This document shows, one piece after another, positions 43,186 to 54,700 of a stretch of DNA of 64,000 nucleotides (the first letter of the stretch is position 1; the number at the start of each line of letters is the position of its first letter). The position numbers and the translations under genes were made by a program. Source of the stretch: Camelus dromedarius. Its lineage: Eukaryota. The stretch lies in assembly GCF_036321535.1 (NCBI RefSeq), contig NC_087436.1:56980001-57044000 (forward strand). The letters are read 5' to 3'. The notes under the pieces were generated by a model, which saw only the letters and a list, made by a program, of their open reading frames with translations, ran no database searches and had not been told where the DNA came from.

Positions 43186-43355
43186 TCTTTTATTTTTGGT
43201 ACAGCTGATTTTGTTGCACTTTTTTTGTTTGTTTGCTTTGGAGGGAGGTAATTAGGTTTGCTTACTGATTTATTTCTTGATGGAAGTACTGGGGATTGAA
43301 CCCTGGACCTCATGCATACGAAGCACGCACTCTAGCGCTGAGCTATACCCTCCCC
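43186..43355 (-). mobile_element. tRNA-derived SINE (camelid Vic-1-like) with 16-bp TSD
   Basis: Same family sequence as the other copies. TSD ctgtgctccaaggatt (43170-43185) / ctgtgctctaaggatt (43356-43371). Confidence 0.93.
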
Positions 43356-46300
43356 CTGTGCTCTAAGGATTGAAGCTGCACCTTATTTCTGTAGTCATCA
43401 CTTAGAATTCTCCTTTGACTTGAGCTCTGTTTGCCTTATAGACACAGAAGTTAGTTGTGTCAGCAGAACCAAGATTTCCTGATTTCCTTTGTTCTAAGCA
43501 ATTTCCTCTTTTTGCATTACAGGCCAGTTTGAAAGATTCTGCCAGAAATCCTACATGTTTGATTCGGAGGCATGCAAAATCATTTTCTAGAATGAAATAT
43601 TAAAACCAAACCAAACCAAACAAAACTTTCTTAGGAGAAAGAATTTAGATCAGAAATCTGTTTGATATGTATGGTTAGGCTAAAGAAAGTTGAATAATCC
43701 TAAGAAATAGTGTCAGCAAATGATAGAAGCCTGGTAGAGTAAGAAATATAAATAACAAACACATACATAAATAACACATACATAAATACATCTTTTAAAA
43801 TGTTACTTATTTAATTACTATAAATGTAAATATATTTATACATATATTAGAAATATAAAATATATTTATAATAAATATAAGTATATTGTATTTATATAAG
43901 TATATTATATTTATTATAGGTATACATTTATTATGTATCACTCTATGATATATTTATGAGACCATCTAATGCAGTGATTAATAGCAAAGATTCTGAAGGC
44001 ACACTAGCTGGCTAAAATATTGGATTTGCTGCTTTCTGGTTTTGGAAACTTGACAAATTAAAACATTGGGTGAGTACCAGGCACATGATAAACATAAGTA
44101 TCAGTGTTTGTTATGATTAGTCAGTCCTCTTTAGAGTCTTGAATATCTTCTGACACATTCTTCTTCTCCAAAATCTCTTTTTTGAAAAAAATTTCATGAA
44201 AAAGCACACCTCTTTGCACTAATATATTTTCAAAATATGTTTAAAAAATCAAAACATGCAAATCATTTTAATAGATGCAGTTTGGTTGCTTGCTTCTTGA
44301 TAAGTTCTAGGAAAAGGCTTTAATCTCACCAAAAAATCCTCTCCAAATTACACTCTTATCTGCATCACTTTAGTCACTGTAAATAGTAAGTCCATCATGT
44401 GACCCCAGAGTATCAGAGAGGATGACCTTCCTTTGATCTGAGTATCTTGTCTTTGTCGCTAGATTTGAGGACAAAATAGCTTGTGTCCCTGTAATCCTCA
44501 GTCCATGAACTGTGTCCCTTTGGACGTAGTTTTTATGTAAGACAGAGAAATGTCTTCAGCGGGAAAATTATGTCATTGAACAACTGAGCAGAAAGTGACT
44601 TTAGAGGTCACTTGGCCAACTCTTATTTTCCCAGAACTGACATTCTGAGAGGAGATGAGATGCTTTTGGATAACAGGACAGGGTAAAGGCAGAGGTGGGA
44701 TTTATGCAGGGTCCTTCCTCCTACAGTGTGTGTTGTAATGATACAGAAGGGATGATAATTGATTCTGGAAAAATCTTTAAAAGCAAGCTAACTTACTCTA
44801 TTTCAATGCTTATTTCCCCCATTCTTGACAGAATAGTAAACGTGCAATCTCATGAAAAAGATTAAAATGTTCGAGGAATTTTATATCTAGAAATGCTTTC
44901 ATCACACGTCCTAGTCAGTTATGTAGCCACACTCAAGTGATGTAACCATTTGTGATGCTATTTTGTGGGCATTAAATGAGCTAATACATGGCAAGCACAT
45001 TGTCAACGCCTGGCCCACAGGAAGCAGTTAAGAAATATTAGTTACTTCTGTTACTATTATTTGCTTATATTTGGAAGTCCCCTTTCAGCCAAAGGCTCAG
45101 CAGAAAAGCATTTACTCACCATCTTGGAGATAATTTCTGTATTACTCTTCACAGTATCTGAAAAGCCAGGTAAGAAAAATAGTGTTATCACTGTTGAAAT
45201 CGGGGAAAACAGGGGCACTAAAGATTTGTAAACACATTTCAACTACGCAGTAGGTTAGGAGTAGAAAAAGAAACAGATTCTTCATTTCCTGCCTTCTCAA
45301 TCCCAGGTTTAAATAATTTAGTTTTGGATGTTTTTAGTTTCTCAAATAACTGACTATGAAAAGGAAATTGCTTGATTGCATGAAATAGACCAAAAAGCTT
45401 AGTAAGCTGAGACAGGAGCTCTGTGGGCTTCTCCTGGAGACTTCCTTCTTTCTCCATCAACAGTGCAGCTAGAAAAGTAGAAATAGGTCTAGTTGAACAC
45501 TTCCCTTTTACCAAAATAAATAAAGAGGAACTAGTATGTGGGCTATTTTTAAGATCTGGTATTTATTTTTCCATCATTAAAGAAATATGTAATAACCACT
45601 AATACTTACCAAGCAGTAACCAGTTGCCAATCAACACAGAGTGACTTAGATTACCTGTTTAATCCTTTCAACTCTGAGAAATAAGAATGATTCTTTATCA
45701 TCACCATTTTCCCGAGGAGGAAACTGAAGCTGAGAGAGGGTAGGGATGTGCCTAAGGTCCCCTCCAGGACGTGGTGTGGCTGAGATTCTGTTCCAGGGCT
45801 CCAGCCCACGGTACTCCAGGCTGGAAGACTTCATCAGCACCTTGTATGACCCCACTATTGCCCAGGTTGGAGGAGAAGGAAAACAAGAATGAAGTTGGAC
45901 TCTGAGTTAATGTTGGATTTCGAACTGCAGTTAGGAACTTGCTAATTATATCAGAAGAGTCAGAGTTTTCCAACTTGGGAGTTGCCAGAGAAAAGGAAGA
46001 TATATTCGATTAAATTACAAAAGCTTTTCCAATGATTGTGTAAACATTATCACACAAATTGTCACATTTACTCACAGTTATTTCTCATACAATCCAATCT
46101 ACATGTGCAGGGTGTCCATGCAGGGCACACGGCACAAAGAAATATCGGCACCACTGGGGGAGAATGTGAGAAGGTGACAGATAAGGCGTTTTCACCCTGC
46201 ATTTTTCACCTTTGCTTCTCCCCACACCCGCCTCCCCATTCAAACAGAGAGTTGGTTCTGTGCTCATTTCCTCAGCAGAGGATGAAGCAGCATGAAAAAT

Positions 46301-46744
46301 AACAGTTGCCTGGCAATAGCTTTTCTTTCAGACTTTTAGTTTCAGAACATAATCACAGAGAGGGCAAGAATTGGACACCATAGACTCTCGAAGGAAAACG
46401 ATCCTCTCTTCAGACAAATTGTGAATGATTATTAACCATGGCTAACATTCAGAGATCTCTAACTATGCACAAGACGCCTTTTGAAGCATGTATCTATGTA
46501 CTTACTAAATGCTCACAAAGCCCCGTGAGGGAGCTACTACTAATATCCTAAGAGTGCTCCGTGAGGGTGAGGATTTTTGTCTGTATTTGTTTACTGCTTT
46601 ACTTCTATTATCCAGAACATTACTTAGCAAAGATTGCGTACTCAGTAATATTTATTGTAGAATAAACCCTCATCTAAAGATGAAGGAACTGAGACAGAGA
46701 GTTTAATAACTTGCCCAAAGTCCCACAGCTGGGGTAGACTAGGA

Positions 46745-47135
46745 GATTTTGCAGTATCCCCACCTGGGCTGGGATAGAAGAGAGAGAAAGGGAAATCTGT
46801 GTGATTCCGGAGCAGAGGGATGCTGGGACCCTTTTTGCTGCCTGGAAGGTGGAAAGACCATGTCGAAGAAGTAGTCGTGTTGGGCGGTGGGCGGTTGGAA
46901 CCTCAGGCAGCGTTGTAACTGACTGAACCGCCACATTTGGGCAGAATGAGGATACTGCAGGAGCAGCAGGGGCTGCTGGTCTGAACCCCACACACCCAGA
47001 GACGGTGGGCAGCCTCCAGGACAGCCTGCACTGATCGATGACCAAGGAACAAATGGCCACCCCTTCCCCAAAACTGGTGATGTGTTGCTCTATTTTCCTC
47101 CAGCCAAGCAGAATGGGTTGTGAAGCAGAAAACTG
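46745..47135 (-). mobile_element. Old ERVL-class LTR (LTR16/LTR33-like)
   Basis: Locally GC-richer block with ggaacctcaggcagc...gccacatttgggcagaatgag, resembling LTR16-group sequence. Boundaries approximate. Confidence 0.45.
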
Positions 47136-47888
47136 TTATAGAAAAGGAGGAAAGTGCTATTTTTTGAATATATGATTTTTTTCCACTGAAACATTATGTA
47201 GGGAAAGAATATTAAATGTGTCATCTGAAGGCCTAGGCTTATCCCATCCCAAATTCTGGGCCAGTGTATCTAATTTCCCTGTATCTCTGTTTCCTCATCT
47301 ATAAAATAGGGATTAAAAATAACTGAAGTGAGGACCAAAAGATTTTTTAAAATGTAAGTTAAAACTCAGTGAAAGATACTAAACACACTGTGTTAACTTT
47401 GTACAGCTCCCATGCCATTTGCACTTGATTTTGAGCTATAGATACCTTTCTGGCAGGTAACGGGCTGTACTTGTGTCTCCTTAATTAGACTTTTTACAGA
47501 CTAATATAGATACTTATTTTCATTTCTTATGTTTATAATAAATGGATGTAAACACATTTTTCAAAGTTAAAAGCACTTAGGAAATATTACAGGATTGCTA
47601 GCTTTCTATTGCTGCCTGTGAGTGTCACTTCCCGGAAGCTGAAAGCCAGACAGACTGTCACTAGAAAGTTTAATGTGTAACCTTCAGGTCTAATAATGCA
47701 CAGGCAGGTATTTCACTGCATCTTTTCACTGAACTGTTCTAATACTGTAGCTGGAATTCATTCCTGTACCAAGGACCGAAAAAATTTATTTCTGAAACAT
47801 ATAGGCATTTGTTACTAATCTGTATAAGGATTATCAACAAGATGTAGGGGAATCTTCCCCTCCGGGCTTACTTTAAAAAATACGACCC

Positions 47889-48418
47889 TGAAGCCAAGCA
47901 GAGGGCATATGTGTCTGCAGCACAGAAAGCCCAACTCTGACAGTGCCAGTTTGCAACAAAGGAAGCGTTTATCACAGGACGCCAAGCAAGGGAGTGGGAG
48001 ACAAGCCTCAGATCCACTCCAGCCTGGTCTGTGAGTTAGGAGGGGTCTATTTTAAAAGGAAGAACAAAGAGATTGCGATTAATCATTGTTTTGTGACATT
48101 CCTGTGACATTTCTTAATCGTAGTTTCGAGAGTCATAGGCTATCTCTGGCCAGGTGGTCCATGCTCAGGGGTCTTGCTAGCTCATTTTGCCCTTAAGAAA
48201 CAACCTGAGTTTGTAGGTTAATGGTGATACCTATTAGTAATTTCAGTACGTTAACAATGTTGTTGACAACAGCAATTTTAGCCCTCTGACGCTGGCTGAT
48301 GAGTGTTCAGTTAGCATAGCACTGAGGTCAGAGAGGACAGGAGAGGGAATACTGTTTTGAACAGAGAGATTAATTATAAACTGGGGAAAGGAAGTTGGTG
48401 AAGGCGGACTTGGTTTCA
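47889..48418 (-). mobile_element. Solo LTR, ERV1-like (530 bp)
   Basis: TG...CA termini with short inverted ends (tgaagccaag / cttggtttca). 4-bp flanks accc/gccc (one mismatch). Minus strand begins TGAAACC, as in many ERV1 LTRs. Confidence 0.7.
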
Positions 48419-48519
48419 GCCCTTCTGAGAAAATTGTGTAGTGAAATATACTAGCAGCAATGAAAATTTGAAGAGTTCTTGTAAAATTATGAATTGTGAG
48501 GAAATAGAAATTGGGGTCA

Positions 48520-48830
48520 TTCATTCATCAAATATATATTAGTGCTTACGATGTGCCTGGCACTCCTGTTGAGACTGAGGACACAACACTAAATTAAACA
48601 ATGAAGTGCCCACCTTGGTACAGCCTATATTCCACTGGGGGGAAGGGGGGGTGAAAGCAAACAAATAAAATACAGTAAGTTGTCAGACACTGTGATGAAT
48701 AAGCGCAGAGCAGGTAAAGATGAGGCTGTCTGAGACGGGTTCTGGTGAGGAGGTGGTCAGCCAAGGATGCACCAAGGAGATCTAGTGAAGTCAGGCAGCA
48801 AGCCATGTGTGTATTTGTAAGGATGGTGTA
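48520..48830 (-). mobile_element. L2 3' end fragment
   Basis: tcattcattcatcaaatatatattagtgcttacgatgtgcctggcact is the antisense L2 tail. Confidence 0.7.
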
Positions 48831-48934
48831 CTTGCCCTCAGTTTTCATTTCCTCCAGGTGCCTGTAGTTCTAAGACTTTAAAAATAAATGTGTAGCAAGA
48901 GGCACACTTCAGCACCTATAACTTTGACTTTACC

Positions 48935-49145
48935 AACTGTATGCAAATATTTTAAGTTATTTATACACAGAGAACCTATAAAATTCCAAGAATAACTAGA
49001 AGTCTTTGCAGACTTGCACATTTTGGCAGGCATATTTCATCTAAGACATAAAGGAAGAGACTTATGTGGAAGTCACCTCATCTCTCATTGGCTTGTGACT
49101 GTATCTTACTCATCATATAAACCCAAGATACAGTCCCATACGAGG
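48935..49145 (+). promoter_or_regulatory. HPGDS: HPGDS proximal promoter
   Basis: Perfect octamer ATGCAAAT 48941-48948, ETS core GGAAGT 49068-49073, inverted CCAAT (ATTGG) 49087-49091 and TATAAA 49116-49121, directly upstream of the exon-1 donor. Confidence 0.75.
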
Positions 49146-49185
49146 GCACAGAAGATACGAGAAACCCCACAGAGACACAGCCCAA
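49146..49185 (+). other. HPGDS: HPGDS non-coding exon 1 (5' boundary approximate)
   Basis: Begins about 25-30 nt downstream of TATAAA (49116-49121) and ends at consensus donor CAA|GTAAGT (49186). HPGDS is known to have an untranslated first exon several kb upstream of the ATG exon. Confidence 0.75.
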
Positions 49186-51023
49186 GTAAGTGATATGAAT
49201 GAGCTGTACAAAGACTAGAAATGAGATAGTTTTCACTCTTCATTTTAGGGTTTATTTTTATGACTGTCATATTCTGTGCATGTCTAACTGCCTTGTGACC
49301 TGTTTTTGGACTGAATTGTTAGTTTCTTATCTGTAAGCTTTCTAGCCATCAAAATTACTCCTAAAATTCTTTCCCTTTTTTCAGTTACCTGTTGAAATCT
49401 TTAAAGTGCATAACAAAGTAATTGAATGTTAGCCTCTTTTGCTACAAAATTGAGTTTGGATTGTTGTCACCTTTCTGGCACAGACACTAGAATTTTTGAG
49501 ATTATGTTTTTACTGTGCCCTTACAGCAATATATAGATTAGAATATCAGCTTAGTTAAAATTCAATGGTTTTATTATAATAGCTTGTATTTTCAATGACT
49601 GCATTAAAATCCCCTCTGGGATTCCTGCATTTTGTTGTTAACCAGCTAAAATATGTTGGTATATAGTAAAAAGAGCTACAAACCTAGGAGAAATGAAATA
49701 CCCGAGATAGAACTTTTCAAAAATATTCTTCCTTTTTATGTAAAGCATTTAATTTTTAAATTAAAAGCTATAGTTTCTTTTGCACTTAATGACTATGTGC
49801 ATATGAGTTCACACGTGAAAATTTCTATCCAGGGTGTTTGTTAGCCATGCATTCATTTGTTCTTCAAGAAGATGTGTACCTTATTTTCCAAACAGAAGTC
49901 TAAGTAAGTTATTTATCTGGTGAATCAGGAACTTCACACGACTTTCTTTGGGGTGGAAGGAAACCAGTGGTTAGTGTTTTAGGTGTAAAGGAGATCCTAA
50001 GCATGATCAGACTTTTTACTTCTTGTTTCTTTATCATTTCACAGAATACATGCAGATTCCTCTGCATGGGATTCCTAACACAGAATGACAGTGGTAGGGC
50101 TCAGAGTGTGAAGCTAACAGGGAATAAGAGACCAGCACGACACTGGAGTTTGCCTGGGTCAATCAAGTCATGTTTATGTGTTATTTCTATGTATTATGTG
50201 AAGTCGGGGTTTCATTATGTGTGTTTTTCCTCTTTTGTCTCAGAACCACTTTAAAGTCTCGTCCTCGTATGCCCCCATGGTAATGTCTTGTCTGTTGTAC
50301 ACCTGAGGTTCTGTTTCGAGACTCTGTGTACCCCCTATATCTAGTCCTGAACAAACACCACGTTACCATAAGTACAAGGCTTTTAAAGTCTTGCTGTCTG
50401 GTAGGTGAAGCCCTCTCTTTCTGTTCTTTTGTTTGGTTGGTTGGGGTTTTTTGGCTGTCTTGGTCTTTAGCATTTCCTTTTTAAGTTTAGGATCAGGTTT
50501 TTCTGTAAAGTCTCTTGGATTTTGAATATACACAATCATTTTAATTGCAAATAAGGACAATTTTGTCTCTTCCTTTCCATTCCTTACGTATGTTATTTAC
50601 TGTTGTCTAATCTTACTGAATTAGCGAGGTCATCCAGACCATGCTGAATACTAGGATCATAGGGATCCTTGTTTTTCCTGATATTAAAGAAAAATGCTTC
50701 CATTGGTCCCCATTATGTATGACGTTTGCTTTGTGTCTTTTCGTAGAGCCTCTGTTAGATTAAAGAAGTTTCCTTCTGTTCTCAGTTTGATAAGTGTTTT
50801 GGTTTTTTTGGTTTTTTTTTTTTTTTTTTTTGAGTTTTGATCACAAATGAGTGATTACTTTTATAAATGCTTTTTTAAAAAGCATTTATTTAGCATCCAT
50901 TGAGAAGATAAGATGGCTTACAGTTGTTCTCTTTTAACCTATTGATGTAGTATAGGATACAGATGAATGTTTTGGTGCTGAAATACCTTGCATTCCTGGG
51001 ATAAACCCTATTGTGCCATTACA

Positions 51024-51442
51024 TGAATGGTCAGGACACTCATGATGGTTGTTCTCTTGCTCTCTACATCCCCTGCTCTGCCAGGTCTGCCTCCCTCACA
51101 CGACTATCCAATCCTCTTAATTAGATGGGCTGAATTAGCAACTGCCTACGTGCCTGTCCCCCGCCCCAATTACTGGTTTCCCTGTAACTGATAAGCCAAC
51201 CTGTTATCAATTCCCTTTATAAATGGTAGCCTCCTCCTTCCCAGAGCAGTGAAGCGTGTTGCCGCGTCCTGCTTGTCGTCTGCCGTGCACGGTGGGATGT
51301 TGCTCCAGGACCTTTCACTTCAGATGTGTGAGATCCCCTGTCCAGTAACCACTGATGTCTCTGTCAACGTCTCCGGGCTCTTTCTTCAGTCTCGAGGCTG
51401 GGCAACTACAAGGCTTACCAGCCTGCGGGGTGCAGCCCAACA
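51024..51442 (+). mobile_element. Solo LTR, ERVL class (MER74-like), 419 bp
   Basis: TG...CA termini and perfect 5-bp TSD ttaca (51019-51023 / 51443-51447). End sequence gggtgcagcccaaca. TATA-like tttataaat near 51216. Confidence 0.8.
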
Positions 51443-51496
51443 TTACATTTAATTTTATACACTAAATTTGAAGAGCTAGTACGTTTTTTAGGATGT

Positions 51497-51783
51497 TGTC
51501 AGCCGAGGGAGGCTGAAGAGGGATTCGAGGAGGTGAGCTGCCCAACTGGAAGAAGGCGCGAGGAGTGACGTGGAGCGCCTTACCGCAAGACGAGTGGGTG
51601 CTACGCGCGCGGCCAGCCCTCAGGTGTACGCACTTGCCCTTTTATAATGCTAGGGGCGCATGCGCATTGTTCATAATGCGGACTCATGCTCCTAGCGCAT
51701 GCGTACAGTTACCTCTTACCAGGTGCAAGTTATTGTGAACTTTGGCCTGGGCCCCACGGCCCACTCACTTAAGGCTCCCGACA
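51497..51783 (-). mobile_element. Young CpG-rich solo LTR, ERV2/betaretrovirus-like, 287 bp
   Basis: Minus strand starts TGTCGGGAGCC and ends GGCTGACA. Perfect 5-bp TSD gatgt (51492-51496 / 51784-51788). TATAAAA on the minus strand at 51640-51646. Many intact CpGs. Confidence 0.85.
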
Positions 51784-54700
51784 GATGTTTATATCATATT
51801 TATAAGTGAGATTAGTCTATAATCTTCCTCTTTTAACATCTTTGCACTTCTGTCGTCTTTCTAGTCTTTGAAACTACTTCTAAAAGATAAGGATTACTTT
51901 GCCTTGAGGATTAAGTAATATTCACCTGTAAAATCGTCTGGGCTTGGTGTCTTTCATGGGTGTGACTAATTACCGATTCCATTTCTTTACTCATTATCAG
52001 ATGCAGGCTTTCAGTTTCTTTTTATTGGACTATGTTAATTTTTGTGTTTCTCAGGGTTTCCATTTAAGTGTTCAGATTCTGTGACAGTTATTTGTAGTGT
52101 TACCTTATGATTTTTAATCATCTATTTTATTTGCTATTATGATCCCTTTTTATTTGTAATTTAAATTATTTGTGACTTTCCATATATTTTCGTCTTTAGC
52201 AGTTTTACAAGAGGTTTGCAATTTGACCTTTTTAAACAATTTGTAGAAAAGCCTGCGGGGTTCCGGTTTCCAGCAGTATGTCTCTCCACTCTCCCATCTT
52301 GCGTGTGTGGAGGATTTTCATTCCCCGTTATTTTGAAGAAGCTAAACTCCTGGCTGACCACGGCTTCTCTCAGAATTCTGAGTTCTGTTCACGGCATTTT
52401 GTTTCTATTCATTTTGGTCCAGGCTAAGTTTATCGTGCTCTTAATTCTAACTTTATATTTTCTTTTTATATAACTTTTCACTTTTGTGTCCCTGCCACAG
52501 AAAAAGTGGATGAAAGAACGTGGTCTTTAGGATTTGAGTCCAATCAAACGACACAAGGCTGGACTCTCATCTCTGTTAGGGAGGGAACTGTCCCTCCCTC
52601 ACTTCCTGCCTCCTTCTCTTCCTTTTTATTCTCTTTTGTTTTTCAACAAATACTATGTGCCAAGCACTGTATTTTCACTACCATCTCACAGGTGAGGAAA
52701 GTGAAGCCAGGAACAGGTGACTTGTCCAAGGCCATCCAGATAGTGAGTGGCAGGGGTTACTCCAAAACCACGCATTCCTTTCAATCAGCCTGCTCTACCC
52801 TGAGCTTGATCCTCACTGGGAATGAATGTTAACTTAACCCGTTTAGTCCATCAGCCTTATGAAATAAAGGCTTTAGCAAAGTGAGATTACTGTACCAGAT
52901 ACACTGCTAAGTGCAGTGAGGGGAAAACTGTTCTTCCGGACACGATCCTCTCTGCTTATCTTTAGACTGTATTGCACATTTCCTTGTCTGTTTTCATTGG
53001 CCATTGAAACATTTACTTGGAATTCCTCCTGTTTAGTTTTTACACAAAGGCTTATAAAATACTGAAAGGATTTTTAGAATTAGTAAATATTTCCAACAGC
53101 GTTTACCTTTAGTACTTATTTTTCATGTTATAAAATGTGCACATGTACCCTGAAGGACAAGTCTTCAAGGGTGACGTTTTGCAGCTATAAAAATCAAGAA
53201 ACTGGACTTCTGCTCAGTAGAAAATATAATTACGCAAGTAAGTACAGAAATATGATGTACAAGTACAGCTTTATTCATGAGTTATGACTGTTGAAAGGAT
53301 GTTCTAGAGGGAAAGATAAGCCTGTCAGATGTCCATAGGCCTGTGCCAAATCTTAAAGATCTATTTACTGAGTAGACAGCTGCCAACCCGTGTTAAGAAT
53401 TTTTAAATGTTTCCTTTACTTGAGTGAAATACAATATAAAATAGCATAATTTTGCAAATTAACAACAAACAACCCCTTCATTTTTATGTAGAATTATGTG
53501 ATATTTGACCAAATGAGAGAAAGTTATGTTTAATTTTTAATGTTGATCATATGGACACAAGTGAATCTATATACACATAAAATGTTTAAAGAAAAAATAC
53601 ATAAATTCTTTGGAAGCACTGACCTACAACATAAAAATCAATTAAAAAATTGTGTAGAATGCTTTTCAAATAAAGAAGTGCAACTGATAGACACTTTTTC
53701 TACTCTGAAGACTATTTTTGTTCTTGAGATTTAAAAAAATTGACCAAGGAATTGTAACAATTACATTTTTTACATCCTACATCAGTGTTCCCTTTATTTT
53801 GATTATGTAAAATGTTTACTTTTTTTCAGAAGGAAACTTGTTACTTTATATTTTTTATTTACTATTTTTGTCTTGTGTATTTACCACTACTTATTTCTAA
53901 GCTCAACATTTCTAAGAAACTTGGAAACTGGTTCCATTTCTGATGGGCACTTCATTTAGTGTCCCAAATGTGAACTTCCTATATGCATATTTCTCCCTCA
54001 AAGGAATTTGGGGCTATAAATCTTGGAGCTTTGTTAGTTTGCTAGTGAATTCTTCTTTCTGCAGAGAACATTCTCTCACATATTGATACAAGTGGCATGT
54101 GCCACATTTCACTTGGGTGGGGACTAGAGAAGCTAATGGGAGAGGACAGGACACGGAATGACTAGGGTCTCTGTCTCTAAAAGGAGCACCACCTTCACAA
54201 CATCTAGGCGTGGAAAACCCAGGCTCAGAGAAATGGGTTTCTAGGAATCGCCATCACCATCATTTCTTCAGCCTGAGGGGGTCTAGATAAGCAATCAGAC
54301 AAGTCATTTCCGGTCCTCCTCTCCACAGATGGATGAAATATGCATGTCCGTGAAATAGGAGCTTGGCAATCTAGATTTTTATGATTTGCATTTGATCTTT
54401 TATGAGATGTGATTTCAGATGGAATTTTGTTTTGCGACTTGAGCCCAACTTTTCTTTTTATGTAATATTCTGTTAATATCTCTGAAAATATTTCCTTAGG
54501 AGAGAATAAACTATTTAAACTCACCACTTTAAATAAATGTCATTTATGATTTTTATTTACTTAATACTATAAATATTATTTATTTGCAGTGTGCTGTATT
54601 CATGGTGTTTATTCTTGACCGTAGAATGAATTCAAAGTTATTATTAATAACTAATAATTATTAAGTGTTTAGCATTGTGCTAAATGCTTTACATGTGTTA

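Larger units (their letters stand above)
50480..52230 (-). mobile_element. Old L1 (L1M-type) ORF2 remnant in HPGDS intron 1, interrupted by two LTRs
   Basis: gcaaataaggacaattttg...tcttcctttcca, ccttgcattcctgggataaacc and ttcacctgtaaaatcgtctgggcttgg are collinear antisense L1 ORF2 motifs on both sides of the inserts. Confidence 0.8.

Noticed and set aside
51497..51783. CpG-rich patch as a CpG-island promoter of a host gene
   Set aside because: Under 300 bp and precisely bounded by TG...CA and a TSD, so it is a retroviral LTR.
53300..53900. Possible hAT/Charlie DNA-transposon remnant in intron 1
   Set aside because: Only a vague resemblance. I could not identify terminal inverted repeats or a TSD, and it needs RepeatMasker.
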